Virus record (IMG/VR): IMGVR_UViG_3300010413_000014
Span: 1 to 64,000 of that record
Source of the DNA: a virus
Length of the DNA stretch: 64,000 bases
Strand: one strand, 5' to 3'
Shown here one piece after another: positions 9,086-19,059 of this stretch; the stretch's first letter is position 1; the number at the start of each line of letters is the position of its first letter. The notes under the pieces were generated by a model. The model saw only the letters and a program-made list of their open reading frames with translations. It was not told the DNA's origin and made no database searches. A program made the position numbers and the translations under genes.

Positions 9086-11214
9086 TAGAAAGTTGTTTTA
9101 TCTTCTTTAAATTGTACCTGATTTTTGAAATCTCGATAATTATCTTCAGAGAATACAACTTCCCCTCTCACTCCTCCTTGAACGCTAGCAGAAGCGATTT
9201 GTGTTGATGCTTGCGTCAAACTGGGATCTTGAGCTAGTCGTGCTGCATTATTGGCACCTATATCAGTAACGGCTGCGATAGCAGGTGGTGACTTTATTGC
9301 TGCATTAACATTAGGAGCTGTTCCTCCACTACTCGGCGGCGCTCCCTTTACTTTAGCTTTTTTGATATCAGATATTCCTTTGATGATTGGAATAACTGTG
9401 CCAGCAGCACCTGCTGCACCCATTGCTAATGATAATGGAAAAGGATATGTCTCAGCTGCCTTTGCAAATGAGCTTCCAATCGCTTTTGGAGCAGCCATGA
9501 TCATTTCAGCTAAAGCTAATTGTTGAGACATACCAAAGACCTCTGCAGCAGCTCCTAAAGCACTTTTTGTATACTGTTTATCTGAAGCTATCTTCGCCTC
9601 ATCAGCCTTTTGCTTGAGATTGGTTTCTTGTAACTTATACCGCTCTATGATAGCTGTTCGTTCACTTTCTAATAACTCAGTATTAGAAAGCTCTTGCTCC
9701 ATCTTACGATTCAAAAGCTCAAGTTCAAGATTCAATACATTCTCACCCTTCTGCCTTCGTCTTTCTAAATCAATCTCATCAATCTCAAGCTGAGTTTTAT
9801 ATTCTCGCTGAGCAAGCTCTTTATCTTTTGCTAACTTCTCCTCTTTTCGCTTTTCCTCTTCATCGATCGCCTTTTGTTTTTCAGCTTGAAGCTTTGCTTC
9901 TGCACCAAGCTGTTCACTTATCAAAGTTTTGCGAGCTTTGATAATCTCTCTTTCCTTATCAGCGATTAGTGCATCTAGATTAATTCGCTCTATGAGGAGG
10001 TTGTTGTACTTTTCTTCATCCTCCTTTGTATTGCCTCCAAGACCTCGTCTTCGTTCTAATAAGGCAATCTCATCATCAAGAACTTTCTTAGCATTTGCAT
10101 TGCGCTCAGCTTCTAAGGCTGCATAATCTTGCAAAGCCTTTGTTCGTCTTTCAAACGATAACTCAAAATCCTTCGAATCTCGCAAAGCGTTCTTCGCTTG
10201 AACATTTAGCTCAGCATCAAGCTTTTGTTGCTCTCTTTTTGATTTGTTGAGAGTATTTTGAGCGAGCTCAATTTGAGCAGCAGATGATATGAGAGATGTA
10301 GCGGCTCCGTCAGCTTCTGTAAATGCTTTTGTTGTTTCTTCGAATGCTTCAACCGCGACTTGCCCAACCTCCTTAAAAGAATCAACCATCGACTCAGCAG
10401 CTTCGACTGTCGAGTTCGTAAAATCGATCATCACCTGCTTTGCTCCTGCAAAGTCACCTTCCAGAGCTAATGCTGCCGCTTGTACTCCAGCAATTATCGC
10501 TTTGATTGGAGTAAGCATTAGATTCACAACATCCAACCAAGCTTTAAATCCAGCTATCACTACATCAACCGCTCCACCTAAAGCAACGAACACCGGATTC
10601 AAATATTTGGACAAAGCATCAACTAACCAATCTAAGATAGGTTGCAATGCATCTGAAAGAATCGTTACGATATTTGTGAATACCTGACCAAGTGCTCCTG
10701 TTATAGCAGCGAGCTTAGCTTGACCATCCTCTGTACTATTGATAGCTTTCTTGAATAATGTAAAGAGTCCAACTAAAGCTGTAATCACAACTCCGATTGG
10801 ATTTGCAATGAAGGCTTGCATCTTTCCAAGCAAACCTCCTGTTGCACTATCCAACTGCTTGATCGGATTTCTAGAATCCTTGTAGGCTTCTGTTAGTTTT
10901 CTTTGAGCCTTATCATTATTCTCGGTTGTACGAGTTTGTTTTATGCGCTCACCATTAAGCTTCTTCTTTGCTTTTTCGATATCCTTCTCAGTAGCACCGG
11001 TCGCCTCTAGAAGCTTAACTTCCTCTTCATACAGCTCAATGGTTTGCTCCATGAGTTGATTCTGGATCTTTACAGCTTCATTCTTTGCTACTAATCTCTC
11101 TTTTAGACTTTTTGTTGAATCTGTAGCTGCAGCATTCAACCTTATGATCTCTTGTTGAGCTTGAGTAACATCTAACTCGACTCTCGTCTTAATTGTATTT
11201 TGTGTATCTGCCAT
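9085..11214 (-). CDS. Tape measure protein
   Basis: Ala/Leu-rich helical and coiled-coil protein with an NPIGVVITALVGL motif and hydrophobic segments. Confidence 0.8.
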   Translation of the reverse strand: MADTQNTIKTRVELDVTQAQQEIIRLNAAATDSTKSLKERLVAKNEAVKIQNQLMEQTIELYEEEVKLLEATGATEKDIEKAKKKLNGERIKQTRTTENNDKAQRKLTEAYKDSRNPIKQLDSATGGLLGKMQAFIANPIGVVITALVGLFTLFKKAINSTEDGQAKLAAITGALGQVFTNIVTILSDALQPILDWLVDALSKYLNPVFVALGGAVDVVIAGFKAWLDVVNLMLTPIKAIIAGVQAAALALEGDFAGAKQVMIDFTNSTVEAAESMVDSFKEVGQVAVEAFEETTKAFTEADGAATSLISSAAQIELAQNTLNKSKREQQKLDAELNVQAKNALRDSKDFELSFERRTKALQDYAALEAERNANAKKVLDDEIALLERRRGLGGNTKEDEEKYNNLLIERINLDALIADKEREIIKARKTLISEQLGAEAKLQAEKQKAIDEEEKRKEEKLAKDKELAQREYKTQLEIDEIDLERRRQKGENVLNLELELLNRKMEQELSNTELLESERTAIIERYKLQETNLKQKADEAKIASDKQYTKSALGAAAEVFGMSQQLALAEMIMAAPKAIGSSFAKAAETYPFPLSLAMGAAGAAGTVIPIIKGISDIKKAKVKGAPPSSGGTAPNVNAAIKSPPAIAAVTDIGANNAARLAQDPSLTQASTQIASASVQGGVRGEVVFSEDNYRDFKNQVQFKEDKTTF

Positions 11215-11219
11215 AATTG

Positions 11220-13634
11220 TTAAGGATGAAAGGGTCCCATTTCTACTAAATCATAAACATCTCCGATCGATCCAGACCAATATACAACAAGACCACTTGA
11301 CGCAACAATTTGAATGTTATTTGTGAGAGAATAATAATCCACAGGAGGTCTTGGAATCCTAGAATTATCAATATCACCTACCGATCCAGGCACTGCATTT
11401 GCAGTAGCTGTTCCATTTACGTAATACTTACCTGTATCTGCATCATATAAGATTGAGAATCCAGCTGTTGTCTGATATGAGTAATATCTTGAGCTTAATG
11501 ACGGAGCTCTTAATAAATACAAATCTACCGGTACAGTAGAATTAATATACTCTTTGACTTCTTCTATTATACAGAACCCTAATAGATCATTCACATATAC
11601 AGGCTTCTTGATATCGAGTGTCTTTATGGTGGATTCTGGGATTGTGAATTGAACCTTAACTCGAAGTCCTATATCAATTAGATTATACCACTCCTCTATT
11701 CCGCGAGGAAGGGATAAATAATTGATATTCTGCACATGAGCATAATTATTAGAACTTCCTTCTGTTCCGTTTGCTCTGGTTGGAATTAATCCATTGATAT
11801 CATACTCCGAATTCACTAACCCTAATCCTAGATTCTTATACTCGAAATAAGGATGAGATCCTAGAAAATTAACAGATTGTACGGCAGATATGTCTTTGAA
11901 TTCTTTTGAATAGTATTCAACCAAAGAATCTAATTTACTCTCAATTCCTCCGGTTGTTAGTACTCTATCGTAAGAGTTTCCACGATAAGGCTCCTTGAGA
12001 CCGATTCTATTAATCTTTCCATAATTCAATCCAAAATCTGTATCATAGACCGCCAATCTCTCACTAACTAGATGATTGCTCCAGTCATAAAAATCTCCAA
12101 CTGCAATCTTTCGAGAATATGTTCCATATGTAAAGAAAACGACCTCCTTATTTTTTTCATCGATATCACAAAGAAGACCTTGTTGAGATAAGATTCCTAC
12201 TAGTAGAGTACTGATCGAATTCTTGGGGAATTCGCTTGTTAAATTTACAGTTGTGTTTATGAAGTATTCATCATTCTCATTGTACACGATCTCTTCTGCT
12301 GCTGGATTAATATATGTTTCTACTATATAGGAATCTAGCAGCTGTTGATCAAAGGCATTGATTCCACCTTTACTCTTAACATCAACAAAGATACCAAGAA
12401 AAGTTCCTCCTCCTGCGGGAGGAATCTCCATCTCTGCCTTATCTACTTCGCAATCAATACTTGTAATCTCTGCATAGACAGAGAGGTCGGGATCAGTTGT
12501 TAAGGTTTTGAAAACCACATTACCTCCAGGAGTTACATTCTCATAAGCTGCAAATACACTCACTCGAGCATTCAATGGTTCAAGAGCTGCTCCATATGGA
12601 GATACGATTGCTAAATTGCCATGAATATTGATCGTTCCTACATACCCCTTACTTACATCCGGCATATACCCACAAGTTCGAAGTCTATACGAATAGTCCG
12701 GATACATATCAGCAGGTTTACCCCAGTTTGGAATATCGATTGGTCTAAAATACGGCCCAATCCCCACAAACTCCATCACATTATAACAATAGTTTGTGGG
12801 AGGTGGAGTTGAAAAAGATGTTCCATATGGATTGCTTGATGCATTGGTGTCTGAGGTAAATTGCAACAATGAATTCTTTGCTTCATTATTATTTTTACCT
12901 TTATCTGAGACGATATAGGATACAGATAGATCATTGATATCGACCTCTTTCTCATATATTGGCATGTATCCATATGCATAGCAAATTGAATCCAAAAAAG
13001 CCTTAACATTTAATAGAGGTCTTGTTTGCCAGGGATTGATTCTATCAGGAGGAACTCGCTCATCAGTATCTAGCTTGTTGAATTTGTCGCCTATCGAATT
13101 TAAGGTATTAGGAAAGAGGGATAATGGATAAGTCTTCCCTGAAATTGTCGATAATCTTGCTAAATCGCCTGAAGTGATATTGTACGATGTCATCTCATCA
13201 ACTACACTCTGATAAGTAATCGGGAGATTTGAGTAAAGCTCACTTGTATTAAAAAGATTGTATAAGTTATCCTTTTTCCACAAATCAATTAAAGCTAGCG
13301 CTCCATCTATATAATTTACATTTATCTGGCCACCATCTGTATTATTGATGACCAAATAACCTTTCAATATACTATCATCATCAATCAACACCTTGCACTC
13401 CCACTTCTTATTCAATTGATTTGATAAAGAGGTATGATTAAATCGATTCAACTCCAATGCAGCTATATTGTAACTAGTGTACGGTAAACTAAGTGTATTG
13501 CTGTGCTTTATTTCTCTTGAATAAGGGTTACCTATTCGATTGACTACAGCATTATACTTCACACTCTCTCTATCAAATGTTTCTAGAGCTATCCAACTAG
13601 TGTTTTTCTTTATGTAGAGTTCTTGCTTGATCAT
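11220..13634 (-). CDS. Tail tip / baseplate hub protein, putative
   Basis: 804 aa, adjacent to the tape measure gene; HSNTLSLPYT..N-type N-terminus seen in siphovirus tail proteins. Confidence 0.6.
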   Translation of the reverse strand: MIKQELYIKKNTSWIALETFDRESVKYNAVVNRIGNPYSREIKHSNTLSLPYTSYNIAALELNRFNHTSLSNQLNKKWECKVLIDDDSILKGYLVINNTDGGQINVNYIDGALALIDLWKKDNLYNLFNTSELYSNLPITYQSVVDEMTSYNITSGDLARLSTISGKTYPLSLFPNTLNSIGDKFNKLDTDERVPPDRINPWQTRPLLNVKAFLDSICYAYGYMPIYEKEVDINDLSVSYIVSDKGKNNNEAKNSLLQFTSDTNASSNPYGTSFSTPPPTNYCYNVMEFVGIGPYFRPIDIPNWGKPADMYPDYSYRLRTCGYMPDVSKGYVGTINIHGNLAIVSPYGAALEPLNARVSVFAAYENVTPGGNVVFKTLTTDPDLSVYAEITSIDCEVDKAEMEIPPAGGGTFLGIFVDVKSKGGINAFDQQLLDSYIVETYINPAAEEIVYNENDEYFINTTVNLTSEFPKNSISTLLVGILSQQGLLCDIDEKNKEVVFFTYGTYSRKIAVGDFYDWSNHLVSERLAVYDTDFGLNYGKINRIGLKEPYRGNSYDRVLTTGGIESKLDSLVEYYSKEFKDISAVQSVNFLGSHPYFEYKNLGLGLVNSEYDINGLIPTRANGTEGSSNNYAHVQNINYLSLPRGIEEWYNLIDIGLRVKVQFTIPESTIKTLDIKKPVYVNDLLGFCIIEEVKEYINSTVPVDLYLLRAPSLSSRYYSYQTTAGFSILYDADTGKYYVNGTATANAVPGSVGDIDNSRIPRPPVDYYSLTNNIQIVASSGLVVYWSGSIGDVYDLVEMGPFHP

Positions 13635-14611
13635 CGCACATCCATTTCAGTAGATGATATACTTTCTAGAGATATCGTCACATCTGCACCATTGGTTAGA
13701 TTTGAGGTAGGAATAGCTATCGAACTTACTCTCATTAGCTCTAGGGGAGCTTGTTCGCTTGTCATAAAATATAATGCTGGAGAATAAGCGATACTTTTCA
13801 AAGCCTCTGCTTCTTTCTGAGTGACTCCTATAGAGCGGACAGTGATTGATTCTTTGAAAGCTACTTTCGTATAATTAGTTTCTACGTAAGGACTTCCTCC
13901 TGTTGTAGCTGTACTTTTAAACATATCAACATCCAATGTTTCACTATAAGATTGAGTAGGAGTAACTGTTAAGATATCGAAGCCGTAACTCATCCAACCT
14001 CCATATCGACTCTTCCAAATCAGATATCCTCCACATACAATTCTTCCTTGAGTTGGTTGATCAAAGTATACAGTAGGCCTTGAATCAGTCAAAGTTGGAT
14101 CCTTTAAGGTTATCTCGAAAAATGGATAACTATCAAATTCTGGTTGACTTATTCCTTGAACACTCCATTCATTCAAATGCTGTGTTGAATAGACAGTTGA
14201 TGTAAAGTTTCTGAAGCTTCTTCCTCCTATCAATGGAAGCTTTGCTATTATTGAAGGAGTTGTGGTTACATCTGTCGTGATCAGAAAATCATACTTATAT
14301 TGGGTAACAATTGTTTTCCAATCAATATGTGATCCTGATGCGATCTTATAAACATTTGCTGCGTGATGCTGCCTGGTTAATTTCATAAGATCGATAGTGA
14401 TCTCTCCACTAGCATTTAAATCAGCTTCCAAATAATTGGGCAACGTTTCTATTATCGCATCTGTTTGCATATCTCTTATCCTAAGGTTAACTCGAACAAC
14501 AAAGGATCCTGATTCAATTATTCGTACTCTTAGAGGTTCGTATAGGTAGCAATATGTTCTTGTTGATGTTGCTACTTGCCCTAATATCTCTGGTGTAATT
14601 GTTATAGCCAT
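13631..14611 (-). CDS. Distal tail protein, putative
   Basis: C-terminal LIWKSRYGGWMSYGF motif typical of Bacteroidota phage tail proteins; ATGA overlap with the next gene. Confidence 0.55.
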   Translation of the reverse strand: MAITITPEILGQVATSTRTYCYLYEPLRVRIIESGSFVVRVNLRIRDMQTDAIIETLPNYLEADLNASGEITIDLMKLTRQHHAANVYKIASGSHIDWKTIVTQYKYDFLITTDVTTTPSIIAKLPLIGGRSFRNFTSTVYSTQHLNEWSVQGISQPEFDSYPFFEITLKDPTLTDSRPTVYFDQPTQGRIVCGGYLIWKSRYGGWMSYGFDILTVTPTQSYSETLDVDMFKSTATTGGSPYVETNYTKVAFKESITVRSIGVTQKEAEALKSIAYSPALYFMTSEQAPLELMRVSSIAIPTSNLTNGADVTISLESISSTEMDVR

Positions 14612-14806
14612 TATTTATATGTTTTTGACGTTGTATTTGAAGGATCATTCCTTCTTCTGATATATAACGCCACTTGCATTTAGATCGTGGCTTATTCTCT
14701 TTATTTTTAACAAAAGGAAGCTCTCTGCTTTTTCATCATCACTTACAGATAAGCTTCCTTTCAACCTTGTCGGGATTTTCCGAACTATAACTAAACGTCC
14801 GGTATG

Positions 14807-14942
14807 CGCCTCATCGGAGATTCGAACTCCTTCAATCGGAACTGTGCACAGCTCTACGATTACTAGTCATAAAGAAGCATTCTATTGATATAGCTAGCTT
14901 ATATCTGAATACTTCCCATCGCCACGATGTAATGACAGAGGC
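14807..14942 (-). ncRNA. Enlarged tRNA-like structured RNA (136 nt)
   Basis: 5' GCCTC pairs with 3' GAGGC; T-arm GGAG-TTCGAAT-CTCC; three further internal stems. Confidence 0.65.
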
Positions 14943-14943
14943 A

Positions 14944-15186
14944 TTATCTTTGTGAATGGTTCTCTTTCAACCACACCTTCGCTATTGTGAATGCATTTGC
15001 TAACATTTCCGTCTTTGCAGCATACATCATCGGAAAGAATGGATCCTTCCTATTTAATCCTCTAAAGGGATTACAGACAATTGTTTGCTGCTTCTTAACC
15101 TCAACATAATGCTCTATCACTCGACACATCTCTTCTATTGAGAATACTTCTGTATCACTTCGGTTAATGATCTCATTTGTATCCAT
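14944..15186 (-). CDS. Hypothetical protein (80 aa)
   Basis: ORF with ATG start on the coding strand. Confidence 0.6.
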   Translation of the reverse strand: MDTNEIINRSDTEVFSIEEMCRVIEHYVEVKKQQTIVCNPFRGLNRKDPFFPMMYAAKTEMLANAFTIAKVWLKENHSQR

Positions 15187-15193
15187 ATTCTAG

Positions 15194-15565
15194 TTTGCTT
15201 CAATTCTTCGTTTCACTTTGCGCCTTTATGAGGAGTCTTGAATCTCGCATCGATTGTGGATTGGTGATTTTTAGCTCCATTAGCTTCTTAGCTTCTCGTT
15301 TCATTTCTTTTTGCGCTGAAGCTAAATTTTTGAAAGCTGCATTTTCTGCATATCATTTTCAATTAGCTTCTTGCGTCTTTCTCGTTTCGTTTCTTTTGCG
15401 TAAGACGCAAAATGAAAGCTGCATTTTCTGCAGAGTTTTGATTTTAGCTTCCTCTTAGCTTCATCGTTTCGTTTCTTAACTTCCTGAAGTAAATTAAACT
15501 CTGCACTTTTTGCGATACTTTGATTTTAGCTTCTCTTTACTTCGTTGAGTTCGCTTCACTTCTTC
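15194..15565. repeat. Degenerate tandem array of ~82-bp units (4-5 copies)
   Basis: ttagcttc at 15280, 15363, 15444, 15526; tcgtttc at 15208, 15296, 15382, 15464; gctgcattttctgca twice. Confidence 0.75.
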
Positions 15566-15809
15566 ATTGGAGTAGCAAGCAAACCAGACGATGCATCCAT
15601 AGCATGTTGCGAACGGGCAATCTGAACCTACTCTTGAATTTGCTTTCATATGTCACTTGGCTTGGTGTTTGTTGTTGGTATTTGAGATTCTGAAGCATCC
15701 TTAATCACCTTCAACCTTTCTATCAAAACAAATGACAAATACCACCTACAAACCTAATTAGGTATTTTCTTACACCACTCCTTATTTCTTATCATTGTAG
15801 GATAATTGA

Positions 15810-16460
15810 GCTTGATTGAGAAAGTTTGATCATTTTCTCAGAAAGGTCTCCAAAATTTGTTTATCTAAGTTTGAAATATTTTTTCTCACACCGAGTGGTA
15901 TTTCTCATACGTTAAGATAGAAATTCCACAAATAAGAAAAATCCTTAATTTGTCAAATTTTTTGCAAGAAGTTAGTTAAACTTTTTAAAGTCAGAATTTC
16001 TCACAAACTTTCTAATTTGTTACTAATTCTATAGAAAATCAATTCTCAAAGGTGCACTATTTGCAGAGAAGCTAGCCTTCATTTTAGAAATCAGAATTTC
16101 TCACAAACCTTGGTATTTCTCATACAAAGATCTACAAATCTTTCAGATAACAAAATCCTCTAATTTCTATAAAAGTTGGACAGAAATTAGACCAACAAAA
16201 CTAATCACCGATTTTCTCACACCAACTGGTATTTGTTATTTATTTGTGAGAAATTCTAAGACGATAGAAAAATCTTAACTTTGTGTCATTATATATGAGA
16301 AACTAGCTTTGGTAATTGTTTGACCATTTTCTCATACGAGCTCTAGTTTCTATCGAATTCGGACACAAAATTCCTCACATGAGAAATCGTCCATCTTTCT
16401 ATTCTCAATAACAAGAAATACGATCTCTAAACTGATCTTTAAATTTCTCACTTGAGAGCT
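15810..16460. repeat. Non-coding field of TTCTCA/TGAGAA iteron-like motifs
   Basis: About 15 copies in both orientations; tcagaatttctcacaaac duplicated at 15991 and 16091. Confidence 0.7.
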
Positions 16461-16469
16461 TATTTGTTG

Positions 16470-16554
16470 CAGAGAGTGAGAGATTCGAACTCTCGAGACT
16501 TTTACATCTGACGCCTTAGCGGGGCGCTGCTTTCAACCACTCAGCCAACTCTCT
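16470..16554 (-). tRNA. tRNA-Ser(GCT)
   Basis: AGAGAGT/ACTCTCT acceptor stem, G discriminator, long variable arm, GAGAG-TTCGAAT-CTCTC T-arm, anticodon loop CC-GCT-AA; CCA not encoded. Confidence 0.9.
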
Positions 16555-16773
16555 AAAGGCTCACCCTGAGCGCGCTGTTCTATGGGAAGCGGGATGAGCT
16601 CTATGAATGATAGGCTTCCTCAACCTATCGTGTCCCTGAATTTCTCTCCAATGGGCTTCTTTCTCTTTCGAGGCGGAGATGAGGATTATGATAATGTCCG
16701 TTTTATTATTAGAAGCGATGTGGACATCAGTGAACATCTGCTTATTTCAAAGATCGTTTGCCTGATACAGGAC
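16555..16773 (-). ncRNA. Candidate structured RNA between the neck gene and tRNA-Ser
   Basis: GC-enriched intergenic stretch with several hairpins (GATAGGTT/AGCCTATC, TGATGTCC/GGACATTA, CTC-GAAA-GAG, GCTCA/TGAGC). Confidence 0.35.
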
Positions 16774-17229
16774 TTAGCAATCGAAGCGCTTATGAATGCT
16801 CATCGCTTCGGTAGTTAGATTTGTGATCTGATCATCAATAGCGATTATGAAAGCACGCGACATCTTTTGCTGGTAGTCTTCAAAGTTCTTCTTTAATGAT
16901 TCTTCTAAAGCGTTAGGTGCATTAGGTACCCAATTCTTCGTTCCATTCTTAGCTATGCTTTTAATCACTGCCCAAGCAGTTCCTTTTTCACTTAGATTTC
17001 CGATTCGGACACCTTTTCTTTGAACCCATTCTAATATAGGATCCAATGGTGGTTGCTTTCCTGGACCACGTCCATACCTAGCGAATTGAATATGAGACGG
17101 GGTTAATAAGATAGCTCCTGATTGTGTCGGTTGCACTTCACCCTTTCTTGTTGTATAAGGATCAAGCTCTTCTTTAACCGCCATAAGGAACTCTACCGCG
17201 ATCGCAATCAATTCATCACTCATGAGCAA
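16774..17229 (-). CDS. Neck/tail completion protein (HK97 gp10-like, putative)
   Basis: GRGPGKQPP..I.EWV..KG..AWAV.KSIAKNGT motif typical of this family. Confidence 0.6.
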   Translation of the reverse strand: MLMSDELIAIAVEFLMAVKEELDPYTTRKGEVQPTQSGAILLTPSHIQFARYGRGPGKQPPLDPILEWVQRKGVRIGNLSEKGTAWAVIKSIAKNGTKNWVPNAPNALEESLKKNFEDYQQKMSRAFIIAIDDQITNLTTEAMSIHKRFDC

Positions 17230-17675
17230 CTTACTTCATGTGGATATCGGAGTGTAAATTTGCCTAAGATACCTGAATGGTGTCCAGAACCATGTTTCGG
17301 AACCAATTGATAATTCACATTGAATACAGCTCGAGTTTCAGAACCTCTTAGCCGGATACGAATTGTGTTGTTGAGATGTTGAAGGAAGTTTATGTATAAA
17401 GTAGCCATCGAAGCTGCTGCTTCCTCCATATCATCCTTCACAGGCTCATCTGTCTTTGTTAACAGTAAACAAACTACATCAAAGGGTGGATCCATTACAA
17501 ATCCATTATTATCAAACTCAACTGTAGCTCTCAGATCCCAACTGATAAGCATAATCGGTAAATCCTCTTCCCGCGTTAGCCGGTTGAGTTGTATATCAAT
17601 CTTCTCATCACTGTTGGTTATAAATGCGCTTATACCTACCGCTTCAGCAGCTTCTTTTAGACTTGCTATAATCAT
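17220..17675 (-). CDS. Tail terminator-like protein, putative
   Basis: Size and position in the morphogenesis cluster. Confidence 0.4.
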   Translation of the reverse strand: MIIASLKEAAEAVGISAFITNSDEKIDIQLNRLTREEDLPIMLISWDLRATVEFDNNGFVMDPPFDVVCLLLTKTDEPVKDDMEEAAASMATLYINFLQHLNNTIRIRLRGSETRAVFNVNYQLVPKHGSGHHSGILGKFTLRYPHEVSCS

Positions 17676-17687
17676 ATACCGGTTGAT

Positions 17688-18428
17688 TTATCGTTTTACT
17701 GCTCTCTCTTGACGCATCTTTTTCTCTTTGATCTTGGACATCCTATCTTGGATAGTAGATTTTGTTGCACTTTCCAATGCATTTGTTTGTACAATCAGGT
17801 AAGGAATTTGCCAGGCTCGATAATAGTCAAGATTGAAGTCACTACAAACCATCTTAACTGAATTGATCACATTGAAACGCTCCATCATATGTCCGCCTGC
17901 TTGGAGGTAATCTGGATCGACTGTGTTCACTGGTCTGAATTGCTCTTCCCAATACTTTTGTGATTCCTTTATCGAGGTTTTAATCCAATTAAACACTCCC
18001 ATCACACTCTCTATTGAACTATTCAAGATAACTTCCTTAAACCTTCTAAAATCATTGGTTTCGGAATCAAAATCTCGATTTCGAGTTTGGTGATAACATA
18101 CAGTTGCAACAATTGTAGCTATCTCATCAATTGTGTCACCATTGCCCAGGTTGGTAAGTTGAGCTTCAAGCTCCATACGAGCTATGAAGGGAATGTAATC
18201 GATGGATGGTGGTATGAGGAAGTTGCTATACTTTGGCAACTCTAATTTACTTGGATCAATCCTCACGATCTGCTTTATGAGAAGATCGGCTTCTTTAAAG
18301 GCACGACGGAAGCGGAAGAATTTTAGCAATCCTTTCGCTTCAAAGTTCAGTACCTCTTTCATGATCATTACATGATCCACCGACTTTCTATCAATAAAAT
18401 GCTTTAGATGTCGGAACTGCAATATCAT
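17688..18428 (-). CDS. Hypothetical protein (possible tail assembly chaperone)
   Basis: Helical 246-aa ORF in the morphogenesis cluster. Confidence 0.4.
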   Translation of the reverse strand: MILQFRHLKHFIDRKSVDHVMIMKEVLNFEAKGLLKFFRFRRAFKEADLLIKQIVRIDPSKLELPKYSNFLIPPSIDYIPFIARMELEAQLTNLGNGDTIDEIATIVATVCYHQTRNRDFDSETNDFRRFKEVILNSSIESVMGVFNWIKTSIKESQKYWEEQFRPVNTVDPDYLQAGGHMMERFNVINSVKMVCSDFNLDYYRAWQIPYLIVQTNALESATKSTIQDRMSKIKEKKMRQERAVKR

Positions 18429-18946
18429 TTCAACTTAACCAACTTCGCTTCAAGTTCTCGCTGCTTTTCCAACAAGATCTTCCTCTGCATCTCTGTAGCC
18501 TGAAAGAGATTCAGCTTGATATTTTCAAGTGTCCTTTCGATATCCTCTCGCCTCAATCGAGGCTTAGCTGGCTGCTGGATCTTAGGTCGAACCTTGATCG
18601 GCGCCTTCTTAACGATAGGTGACTGCGGCTTTGGCTCCGGCAACTTTGGAGTCTCCAGCTTTATGATTAATTCCGGACTTCGAGTAGGCTCTTCGATATC
18701 ATCCTCCTGATGGTACTCCGGATCTTCATCATCAAAATCCTCCTCTGATTCCTCCGGCTCTTCGTTCTTTATCTTCATCTTGGCACGCGCTTCCTCTACT
18801 GCCTTAATCCCCTTCTCGATCAACTCGGCTTTCGGACCTCCAGCTTTGAATGCATCGGCCACCTGATACCTCTCAAAGATACCTTTCAACTCGTGATACT
18901 TCGCGGCTTCAAACTCTTCTCTTACTTGCTCAATAGTCTGCTCCAT
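18425..18946 (-). CDS. Hypothetical charged protein (acidic centre, basic/Pro-rich segment, coiled-coil end)
   Basis: ORF coupled to the next gene by an ATGA overlap. Confidence 0.6.
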   Translation of the reverse strand: MEQTIEQVREEFEAAKYHELKGIFERYQVADAFKAGGPKAELIEKGIKAVEEARAKMKIKNEEPEESEEDFDDEDPEYHQEDDIEEPTRSPELIIKLETPKLPEPKPQSPIVKKAPIKVRPKIQQPAKPRLRREDIERTLENIKLNLFQATEMQRKILLEKQRELEAKLVKLK

Positions 18947-19059
18947 ATTGTTAAAATTTTATAAATAGTTAATGCTCAAGTTACTAAGATTTCACCCTAC
19001 TCCAAGATACTCTCACAGCTCAATAGCGCTTACTGCCATGTTGATTGTATCTTGGATTC

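Noticed and set aside
14807-14942. tmRNA or a functional amber-suppressor tRNA
   Set aside because: No G3:U70 Ala acceptor or tag ORF and too short for tmRNA; the CTA loop lacks U33 and sits on an over-long arm
15194-15565. CRISPR array or hammerhead ribozyme array
   Set aside because: Repeats are degenerate with no identical repeat/unique spacer pattern and no cas genes; no CUGANGA core accompanies the GAAA motifs
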